Below, piece after piece: positions 55,274 to 63,258 of a DNA stretch of 64,000 nt. The position numbers and the translations under genes were made by a program. Origin of the DNA: an uncultured Chromatiales bacterium (GTDB lineage Bacteria; Pseudomonadota; Gammaproteobacteria; Thiohalospirales; Thiohalospiraceae). Location of the stretch: NCBI GenBank assembly GCA_964557025.1, contig CAZKYF010000028.1, positions 2,555 through 66,554 of the forward strand. Direction: 5' to 3'. The notes below the pieces were generated by a model. It saw only the letters and a program-made list of their open reading frames with translations, was not told the origin of the DNA and did not search any database. How positions within the stretch are numbered: position 1 is the stretch's first letter; each line of letters begins with the position of its first letter.

Positions 55274-55400
55274 TCTCGGCTCCTTTTCGGATTTGCTTGT
55301 AGACCTAATCTGAATGTGAGGCCATTTGTGGTGATTTCAAATGAAGCGGGAGGTTCGTAAAAAGAGACCACCCATCATTAAGCTGTGTTGATGGAAAAAC

Positions 55401-55934
55401 TCAGGGGATTTGCTTTTTCGAAAGCTGTTTCTGGACTGTCAGTTCAAGACGTTTGTCTAGGCCAAGGATCTCGATGGTGGAGTAGTTTTCCGCCGGGATC
55501 TGTACCAGTACACAGGGATGTGTGATGACTGCTGCGACCAAGGCGTCGGGTTTTGGGGTGTGGAATAGCAGCCAGAGCCTCCCCATCCCTTTCTGGACGG
55601 TAAAAGGGGGCGTATTGAGTGAGAGTGAGTATCCTGCAGTAGGTCTTTCCCCCGCGGAGACATAGACCACCCGCCAGTAACGGAAATCAATGACCGGCAG
55701 GGCAGGAGTGGAAGAAGAGAGTATCGAACCACGCAACCGGCTTGCCATACGCTGCAGCTGCTCCTGGTTGTTGATCAGCATGGCTTGAGGTTCCTTTGTG
55801 CTGGCTTTGCATTGGATTGCAGAGTCCAGTATCCGCACCGCTCCCCGCATTGTTCCGGCGTGATTAGCAGAGGGCAGGGTACAGCCTGCCAGTAGCAGAA
55901 GTAGCAGCGAGAGAGAGAGCCGTAAGTCAGTCAT
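55401..55934 (-). CDS. lipoprotein with PrcB_C-like domain (protease-complex accessory subunit-like)
   Basis: ATG 55934 overlaps the S8 gene stop by 8 nt. Lipobox LLLLLLAGC. YVSAGERPTAGYSLSL...ITHPCVLVQIP resembles the G-x-x-P-T-G-G-Y core of the PrcB C-terminal domain. The family call is from memory. Confidence 0.55.
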   Translation of the reverse strand: MTDLRLSLSLLLLLLAGCTLPSANHAGTMRGAVRILDSAIQCKASTKEPQAMLINNQEQLQRMASRLRGSILSSSTPALPVIDFRYWRVVYVSAGERPTAGYSLSLNTPPFTVQKGMGRLWLLFHTPKPDALVAAVITHPCVLVQIPAENYSTIEILGLDKRLELTVQKQLSKKQIP

Positions 55935-58506
55935 GGGCAATTCGGGAGAAGCTTGGTCGTGATGATGTGGGTTTCCCTTCGCTTAACGCTTGCAAGATGA
56001 TGTCGAAGTTGGTACCGAAATTGATACCGTCCTTTTCACCTTGGACTTCAATGGGCTGAAGGCGTTCAATGGTAGGATAGCCGCCGCATGCTTCCCCGGG
56101 ATCGCAAATCTCCCCATCGTCATCCAGATCGGTGCCGGCAACGACGAAATAGCGTCCGGCAGGGACCTGATCGAATCTGTAGCGATAGCTACCATTCAGA
56201 TTGTCTGCTTGAGTGGTGCGTATGGTTTTCAGGGTATCTGGTTCCACTAAAATGAAGTAAAGGTGGCCAGTGTTTCCTTTCTCATGGGGCTGGCCCACTT
56301 GAAGGGTGACCGGGATTGAGAGGCTGGCGGTGGTATCGGTCTGCAATACAATGGTGGCCCGATAGACCCCTTCGACCAGTAAAGTGCGATCCACTGTAAC
56401 GGTGAAAGTGCCTTCGCTGCCATCGATGGATGGGGGATCCACAACCAGCCAATCGGCATCGTCTGTCACCGCAGTAATGGAAAATTCGCCACCTCCGGCA
56501 TTGCGGGTGGAGAAAGTGAGTTGGTTGATGAATGGACCGAAATCCAGGGGGCCGGTGTGATCGATGGCAAGTACCGGGGGGAGGGATATGTTGATGTTTT
56601 CCACCGCCTTTAGGGCATCGAGAAGGCCATAACCGAAGAGATCGTCGCGGCCAGTGGCCCCGAGATCGATGGTCAGTTTTCCGGTCTCCAGCAAAGTGGT
56701 GAAGCGGTCGGGATCCAGTCCGGGATCGAGGGACTTCATGATCGCTGCCACCCCGGCCACGTGCGGGGTTGCCATGGAGGTCCCCTGGGCGAAGGAGTAA
56801 ACGGGCTTGCGTGTAGCGGAGGTGTCGTCCACCAGGGTGCTGAGGACACCATCGAAATAGCCATCGCCATCGCTGTCCACGGCAGTGTTTCCTCCGGGGG
56901 CGGCAATGTCCACCGTGGGTCCGAAATTGGAGTAAGGGGCCCGTTGTTGCCCCATGGTGACCGCGCTGACGGAGATAACGCCATCGTATGCCGCTGGATA
57001 ACTGGGCAGATTGCTGTTGTCATTACCAGCGGCCGCCACCACAATGACCCCCGCCTCGCGGACCGCATTGTATTCCGCCTGTTCAGTCATCGAAAAGCCG
57101 GGGCCGCCGAGGCTGAGGTTTATGATGTCTGCCCGTTGCGGTGGCACGGTCCCTGAATCATTGCTTAGCCCTGCGGCGTAACGGATTCCTTGAATGATGT
57201 CGTACGTAGTACCGCCGCCTCGGCCGAGCACCCGGATTGGCATGATTCGCGTGTTGGTGCCCCAACTGATACCGGTCACCCCGGTGCCATTGTTTGCCAG
57301 TGCAGCGATGGTACCCGCCACGTGGGTGCCGTGGAAAGAGCTTCCCCCCGGTGTGGCGTTGTCGCCTGGATCGTCCGGGTTGTCGTCGATACCATCTCCG
57401 TCTCCGGCGATGGAGGGGTTGGATATGAAATCATAGCCGCTGTCGAGAAGATTGGCCTCTAAATCCGGATGGGCAAGAAAAACGCCGGTGTCCACAACGG
57501 CGACAATCACCTGTTTGGCATTACCGTTTGGCAATGTAGTAACTTCCCATGCCTGAGGCAGATTGATTAAGGGGAGATTCCATTGCAACGGATAGTGTTC
57601 ATCGTTCGGTATCGCAGCGGCCCGTCGGATATAGTTGAGATCGGCTGTTTCTATGTCGGGACGCAAACGAAGTGCCTTGACCGTTTCAATGGTCTCCCGT
57701 TTCAGTTGCTCGATGGCGGATTCCTGGTCGTTCACCGAAGCCATCCGTATCCCCAGCGCTTGTCGGATGTGTTGTCGTTGTATCGCGTCACCCAGGGAGA
57801 AAAGGATGGGTTGTCCCGGGGCTCCCTGTTTAGGAATCAGGCCTGTGGAGGCAGCAAGCAGTTCGGGAGCGGAGGCAGCGCTCATGGGATCGTCATTTTC
57901 CCTGAAACGGACGATGATCTCACCGGCAACGAAAGGCGGTTGCTCTTGTGCGGCGAGAGTTGCAGGTTGTCCGATAGTGAGTAGATAGTTCGAGGCGCCA
58001 CGGATGGAGCGTACAAATATATAGTAGCTGCCGCTGTCGGGAATACGGATGGTCTCCGTGGAAGAGGTGCTGCTGATGGAGTAGGCTACCGGTCGAGTGT
58101 CGATGTTAATCTCGGCAGTGTTATAGATTTCGATGTCCAGATCAATGGCGTAGGGATCGGTGGGATCATGGTCGCTAATGAAGAGGGTGATGGCCTGTCC
58201 CTTCGCCAGAGTTGCCTGATAGACATCAGTGCTGTCACCTTGTTCGGCAAACTTGCCGTGGCCCACACCGATACGGGAGACGAAGCCCCCGACCAGCACC
58301 GGATTAGGCAACGGCTGGGCAGTGGAAGGGGTATCGTTGGTTTTGAAGGGTGCGCTGGCATCATTGACATCACCATCCACCGTGACCCCGATGGCAGAGG
58401 TGACATTCCCGCTTAAGGCAAAGGAGGGAGGAGTATCGCTGGAATTTCTGTCGCAGCCACCCAGTGCCAGAGCGATCAGTACTGTAAGCAAGAGGCGCTT
58501 GCTCAT
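55927..58506 (-). CDS. S8 (subtilisin-family) serine peptidase lipoprotein with N-terminal PPC-like and C-terminal beta-sandwich domains
   Basis: I trimmed to ATG 58506 (MSKRLLLTVLIALALGGC lipobox). Catalytic triad VAVVDTGV / HGTHVAGTIAA / GTSMATPHVAGVAA. It has a pre-peptidase-C-terminal-like module (VYQATLAKGQAITLFISDHDP...YIFVRSIRGASNYLLTI). Confidence 0.9.
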   Translation of the reverse strand: MSKRLLLTVLIALALGGCDRNSSDTPPSFALSGNVTSAIGVTVDGDVNDASAPFKTNDTPSTAQPLPNPVLVGGFVSRIGVGHGKFAEQGDSTDVYQATLAKGQAITLFISDHDPTDPYAIDLDIEIYNTAEINIDTRPVAYSISSTSSTETIRIPDSGSYYIFVRSIRGASNYLLTIGQPATLAAQEQPPFVAGEIIVRFRENDDPMSAASAPELLAASTGLIPKQGAPGQPILFSLGDAIQRQHIRQALGIRMASVNDQESAIEQLKRETIETVKALRLRPDIETADLNYIRRAAAIPNDEHYPLQWNLPLINLPQAWEVTTLPNGNAKQVIVAVVDTGVFLAHPDLEANLLDSGYDFISNPSIAGDGDGIDDNPDDPGDNATPGGSSFHGTHVAGTIAALANNGTGVTGISWGTNTRIMPIRVLGRGGGTTYDIIQGIRYAAGLSNDSGTVPPQRADIINLSLGGPGFSMTEQAEYNAVREAGVIVVAAAGNDNSNLPSYPAAYDGVISVSAVTMGQQRAPYSNFGPTVDIAAPGGNTAVDSDGDGYFDGVLSTLVDDTSATRKPVYSFAQGTSMATPHVAGVAAIMKSLDPGLDPDRFTTLLETGKLTIDLGATGRDDLFGYGLLDALKAVENINISLPPVLAIDHTGPLDFGPFINQLTFSTRNAGGGEFSITAVTDDADWLVVDPPSIDGSEGTFTVTVDRTLLVEGVYRATIVLQTDTTASLSIPVTLQVGQPHEKGNTGHLYFILVEPDTLKTIRTTQADNLNGSYRYRFDQVPAGRYFVVAGTDLDDDGEICDPGEACGGYPTIERLQPIEVQGEKDGINFGTNFDIILQALSEGKPTSSRPSFSRIAHD

Positions 58507-58706
58507 CCTTTGGCCCCGAGAGCTGTTTTTCGGCAGTATGGTTCGGTGGATGTTGGAAAAAACATGAGTCAAGTCAGAAATTACTGACCTTTTAAATCGG
58601 CTGCGAATCCGGTTTCTGAAGGAACGCCTATTCTCATGATGAGGTGCTCTAAAAAGAGACGACAGGCTTGGTTCCGGCAAGACAGAAGCCCTTTCATGAC
58701 TGGCAT

Positions 58707-58736
58707 TTTACATGCTTAAGATTTTCCTTGTATAAT
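58707..58736 (+). promoter_or_regulatory. candidate sigma70 promoter of the giant surface-protein gene
   Basis: TTTACA (58707-58712), an 18-nt spacer, then TATAAT (58731-58736), in an AT-rich divergent intergenic region about 90 nt upstream of ATG 58825. Confidence 0.5.
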
Positions 58737-58824
58737 TAAATAGATAGCGATTGGTTCTCGAGAAACCTCCGCTCTCTTGTATCTTCTGTGTCTTCTAAAT
58801 CTAAAGAATCAAGGAATAACAATA

Positions 58825-61800
58825 ATGCGCTGTTTTCCCGTTTCTGCGAGCGATGAATGTTTATTTTTCTCCTGTGTATCCCGGTCTTGCAAATGTTTGA
58901 TCGGGGTTGCGGTCATTCTGCTTTCATGTTGGCCAAAGACCAATTTGCTGGCCAAGGGGGAGGTGACTGATATCTATTCGATACAGGGTGATGCAACAAT
59001 GCAAACCCAGTACGTCGAAGCAGGGAACAGCTATCTCTGGGGACAGGGAAACGATGGTCAGGGAACCGGTGGTGATCGACTGATCGAAGGTTTTTCCTTG
59101 GACAATGGAGCCACTCGTTATGAGTATCAACGGGTGGCCGACATGGTGCGGATTGTGCGTACCAGTGCGGCGACACCATGTGGCCTATTCGCAGAAACCA
59201 CGGGAAACGTCCGTTCTTATCGACCTGATTTTCCGGGGAACCCGGATGGCAGTGGCTGTGACATGGCTGTGGTTATGGCGGGACGGGTGATCAATGTGGG
59301 GGTGCTGGACCTGTTCAACAACGCCGGGGCTGCGGGAAAGAATGTCGAGCGGGTGGATTTCATATTCAACGACGGTATCTTCGTGGCACAACCGGCAGGT
59401 TCAGGTCACGTAGTGACCGAGAAGTCCGGAAACAACAATGTGAAAATTGCAGCGATTCTTTCCCTTGATGGGTCCGGCAATCCGGCCTCCTACGGTCCCC
59501 TGATCGAAGTCCATGCCCATGCGGGTACGCCCAACATTGGTTGCCCGAACCCGGCTACCGATATCTGTTACGGTGTTCCGAACGATCCATGGAGCATCGA
59601 ATATCTTCACACTGCCGATGCCGGTACGCCCCCCACGAGGGTCGGCGGCGCCGCCGAGTCGATGGGATTGGCGTTTGTCTCCCAAACTGACCTGGGATTG
59701 TCCCAGGGAGAGACCTATTACGGTTTTTCCTATTTTGCGCCGGATGTGGATGCCGCGGTGCATACCCTTACCGATCCTGCCTCCTTTCCGGGGAATACTG
59801 ATGCGGCTAACCGTGGTCCTGGTGACGCCGATCTGCATGGGGGAACCGCCGGTCTCTTCGTACTGACGACTTTGCTGAAAAATGTCACGGGAGATGTGGT
59901 GGATTCGGCGAGTAACGGTATTTCCGCCGTAACCATCCAGCTCTATCGTGACGATGGTGATACTCCGGGCAGATATGATCCCAATGACTCCTTGTTGCAG
60001 ACCACGGAGACGGATGCTGGTGGATCATTCATTTTTACCCGGGTGCTGGCGGGTGACTACATCATTCGGGTGGATGCCGCTGACAGTGATCTGGCGACGC
60101 CTGGCTATACCACCGCAACGGATGCCTTGGCCATTACGGTGGATGGTACGGATTTGACTGGTCAGCGATTCGTGTTTGCACTGCCGGTTATCAGCGGAAG
60201 TGTGTTCATCGACAGGAACGAAAATGGGGTTCTCGACAGTGGAGAAGAGGCCCAGGGTGTGACGCTCCGTCTCTTTGCAGATGCAGCGATGCAGCTCCAG
60301 ATTGGAGAAGATGTGCGAAGTGGAGCTGACGGTGCCTTCTCCATGGGTGGTGTACCGAACGGCACTTACTATCTGTTTGTGGATCAGGGAAGCGCTCCAT
60401 CACTGGCTGATCTTATTGGTGGCAGTGACAATCCATTGGAGGTAACCGTGAGCGGTGGCAGCGATGTCAACGTCGTGTTTCCTTTCACCATCCGGCCTCC
60501 GGTGGTCTGGACCTTGAACGGTAGCGTGTTCTTGGATGTTGATGGTAACGGGCAGCAGAATGGAAGCGGTGAACCTGGGGTTGGACAGATTACGGTAATG
60601 CTCTATGACACCGCGGGTAATCAGGCCGGATCCCTCGATACTGACGAAGGTGGAGGATTCACGTTTGATGGGGTATTGGCCGGTGAGTACACCTTGCAAC
60701 TGGACTCAGCCGATCTCCCGAGGGGCTATGCGCTTTCGACTGATTACGACCTTGTTCCCGTGACGTTGCAAGATGACGTGAGTCTCCTGATCCCGCTGAG
60801 CGTGGATCATGACGGAGACGGGGTTGTTGATGACGAGGACCTCGATGACGACAACGACGGCATCCTCGATACCGCTGAAAGGAAAGCGGGGAGCGATGTG
60901 GATACTGATGGAGATGGTATCGTTGATCGGCTGGATCGGGACAGTGACAATGATGGGATTCTCGATGCATTTGAATCGGGTGCCGTACGGATAACGGTGC
61001 AAGATGGATATGTTGCTGGGACTGCAGGTCCCAATGGATTGCCGGATGCGGTGGAAAGCGGTAGTGAAACCGGTATGGTGAACTATGGAACCCCAAGGGA
61101 CAGTGATGGGGACGGTGTACCGGATTTTTTGGATCTGGATTCCGACAACGATGGGATTACGGACGTCATCGAGGCGGGAGGAATCGACGAAGAGCCTGAT
61201 GGCCGTCTCGGTGACGCTTTGTCCCCGCAGGTGGATGAGTGGGGACTGTCTAGTGGTTGGGTGAATGTTCCTGCGGATACCGACGGAGATGGTATCCCGG
61301 ATTACCTGGAATTGGATTCCGATGCTGACACCATAAAGGATGTGGTCGAGGCGGGATATGAAGACCGTGATAGGGATGGAGTAGTAGACGATTTCTCCGA
61401 TCCCGATGGGGATGGTGCTGGCAATCCCGCCGGATTTAGTTCGTTCCTCAAGCTTCCAGACAAGGACTCCGACGGCGTGCCGGACTATCGGGAGAAAGAT
61501 ACCCTGCCACGCCTGGAAACCGGTCTGAACGGCATGGGTTGTATGGTGGGCAGCAACCGTTCGCTGGATCCATTGTTCCCATTACTAGTGCTGGTCTCCC
61601 TGTTCCATCTGTTTGGAAAACAGCGCGGGAATGAAAACCGGGGTGGAGCACGGCGGGATGCGGCATCTGTTGTTTTGGCAGGACTGATTCTGATGACAGT
61701 TCCGGCCGTTTCAATCAGTGCAGAAGAAGGCTTTGCAGGCCGTTGGTACGGGAGTATCGGCGTAGGATTGTCCGAACTGGAGCCGGATCCCAATAGCACT

Positions 61801-62688
61801 GTTTATACCAATGAGGAAACCCGGAGCAGCGGTGGCAAGCTGACACTCGGCTATGATTGGTCGGAACGCTTCAGTATCGAAGCCTATTATGCTGATCTGG
61901 GCGAAGCAAGGATTGGCAGCACGGTTCCGGTGGTTGCTGGCGGCACAATCGAATACAAGGACTATGGTTTGAGCGGTCTTTATTATCTCTACAAACAATA
62001 CAACACCCGTCGTGGCTTGGGTGTATTTGCCCGTGCTGGTGTGGGAAAGATGGAAAACAGGACCGATCTTCCCTATAAGCGGCTGAACGATGAACACCTT
62101 TTGTTTGGTATTGGCTTCGAATACGGATTTTCCAATGGCCTGGCTTTGCGCTCCGAGTTGGACCAATATGACACTGATTCCCGCCTGTTGACCCTCAGCT
62201 TATTAAAACGTTTTGGAAGCAAAGGACAGCGAGAGGAACCTCGACCTGTGGCGAAGCTCGATACAGAACCTGGGGCCGCTGAGTTGTCTACGTTGCCGGC
62301 GCCTTCTGCATCACGCACGGTGAAAAAGGAGAAGGAGAAGAAGAAAGTAAAACTGGGGGAGTTGGGTACTGTCTATTTTCCTTCTGACTCGGCGGATCTG
62401 AATCAGGCAGCGAACAACATTCTGGAAGAGATAGTTGCCGAACTGCAACGTGTTCCGGATGTCGTTATCGACGTGGAGGGGCACACCGACAGCCGGGGAT
62501 CCGATGCGTATAATCTGGCCTTGTCGGAAAGACGAATCGAGGCAGTCATCAGTTATCTGACTGCCCGCGGAATCGCGCGGCATCGCTTGAAGGCGAAACC
62601 ATATGGCGAACGACATCCGGTAGCAAGCAATGCAACGCCGCAGGGACGGCAGTTGAATCGTCGGGTCGAACTTCGCGAACACAAATAA
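58825..62688 (+). CDS. giant surface protein: unknown N-domain + 3 SdrD-B/Cna-B-like modules + thrombospondin type-3 repeats + OmpA-like barrel + OmpA C-terminal peptidoglycan-binding domain (possibly two fused genes)
   Basis: ATG 58825 is 9 nt after AAGGA; the track ORF starts at TTG 58777. Modules: VTGDVVDS...GDYIIRVD, ISGSVFIDRNENG...GTYYLFVD, LNGSVFLDVDGNG...GEYTLQLD. About ten DxDxDGxxD loops. The C-terminus VYFPSDSADL...VEGHTDSRGSDAYNLALSERRIEAV...NRRVELRE is a canonical OmpA_C. See the finding on the junction at 61531-61796. Confidence 0.8.
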   Translation: MRCFPVSASDECLFFSCVSRSCKCLIGVAVILLSCWPKTNLLAKGEVTDIYSIQGDATMQTQYVEAGNSYLWGQGNDGQGTGGDRLIEGFSLDNGATRYEYQRVADMVRIVRTSAATPCGLFAETTGNVRSYRPDFPGNPDGSGCDMAVVMAGRVINVGVLDLFNNAGAAGKNVERVDFIFNDGIFVAQPAGSGHVVTEKSGNNNVKIAAILSLDGSGNPASYGPLIEVHAHAGTPNIGCPNPATDICYGVPNDPWSIEYLHTADAGTPPTRVGGAAESMGLAFVSQTDLGLSQGETYYGFSYFAPDVDAAVHTLTDPASFPGNTDAANRGPGDADLHGGTAGLFVLTTLLKNVTGDVVDSASNGISAVTIQLYRDDGDTPGRYDPNDSLLQTTETDAGGSFIFTRVLAGDYIIRVDAADSDLATPGYTTATDALAITVDGTDLTGQRFVFALPVISGSVFIDRNENGVLDSGEEAQGVTLRLFADAAMQLQIGEDVRSGADGAFSMGGVPNGTYYLFVDQGSAPSLADLIGGSDNPLEVTVSGGSDVNVVFPFTIRPPVVWTLNGSVFLDVDGNGQQNGSGEPGVGQITVMLYDTAGNQAGSLDTDEGGGFTFDGVLAGEYTLQLDSADLPRGYALSTDYDLVPVTLQDDVSLLIPLSVDHDGDGVVDDEDLDDDNDGILDTAERKAGSDVDTDGDGIVDRLDRDSDNDGILDAFESGAVRITVQDGYVAGTAGPNGLPDAVESGSETGMVNYGTPRDSDGDGVPDFLDLDSDNDGITDVIEAGGIDEEPDGRLGDALSPQVDEWGLSSGWVNVPADTDGDGIPDYLELDSDADTIKDVVEAGYEDRDRDGVVDDFSDPDGDGAGNPAGFSSFLKLPDKDSDGVPDYREKDTLPRLETGLNGMGCMVGSNRSLDPLFPLLVLVSLFHLFGKQRGNENRGGARRDAASVVLAGLILMTVPAVSISAEEGFAGRWYGSIGVGLSELEPDPNSTVYTNEETRSSGGKLTLGYDWSERFSIEAYYADLGEARIGSTVPVVAGGTIEYKDYGLSGLYYLYKQYNTRRGLGVFARAGVGKMENRTDLPYKRLNDEHLLFGIGFEYGFSNGLALRSELDQYDTDSRLLTLSLLKRFGSKGQREEPRPVAKLDTEPGAAELSTLPAPSASRTVKKEKEKKKVKLGELGTVYFPSDSADLNQAANNILEEIVAELQRVPDVVIDVEGHTDSRGSDAYNLALSERRIEAVISYLTARGIARHRLKAKPYGERHPVASNATPQGRQLNRRVELREHK
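60805..61500 (+). repeat. thrombospondin type-3-like Ca-binding repeat array (coding)
   Basis: Iterated Asp-rich loops: DHDGDGVVDDED, DDDNDGILD, DTDGDGIVD, DSDNDGILD, DSDGDGVPD, DSDNDGITD, DTDGDGIPD, DRDRDGVVD, DPDGDG, DSDGVPD. Confidence 0.8.
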
Positions 62689-62700
62689 GGAGCCGGCTGG

Positions 62701-62725
62701 CCAGGAATCCGTTCCTGGTTTCGCA
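62701..62725 (+). terminator. terminator-like hairpin after the giant gene
   Basis: ccaggaa-tccg-ttcctgg is a perfect 7-bp stem followed by tttcgca, 13 nt after the TAA stop. The U-tract is short. Confidence 0.45.
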
Positions 62726-62945
62726 TCACAAGGTTGGGAGGCGATCTTTTGACTCATTGCTGTGACAGGTTCGTTTGCACGATTTTTCTTCGTTCCATTT
62801 TTTCGAGGATTCCTGGAGCCAAACGATAACCGAATGACCCATTGAACTGCATGTTCGCACGGGATGTTCCCACGGGCTCTCCTCGGTGTTTTTTGTCGAG
62901 GCAGGCTCCGTTGCAAGCGACTATTTGTCGAATGCTTGACATTGT

Positions 62946-62974
62946 TTATGTAAGTGTTTATTTTTAGCGACAGT
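62946..62974 (+). promoter_or_regulatory. candidate sigma70 promoter in the 570-bp AT-rich spacer
   Basis: TTGACA (62946-62951), a 17-nt spacer, then TATTTT (62969-62974). Confidence 0.35.
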
Positions 62975-63258
62975 CTTAAAGGAAGAATAATAAGATTTTC
63001 CAGGGAGAGGGTGCGATGGAGTTCGCTGAAAATGGGGACGGGAATTGGGCGATGCGCCGGCGCAGGTGCCGGATGAATGGTTTGTCTCCTCAGGGATTCC
63101 TGTTTCGCTGGTCTGGCAATTTTTTCCTCTATTCGTTTCTTCTCTTCCCAACCTGCAACTACAACAGAAAACGGAACCGTTTTTTGTGTGCCGGGATTTT
63201 ATCCGGAAACGGTGTCTTTTTGCTTCAAAAACGGGCCTGACAACAATGGAGTTTCGTC

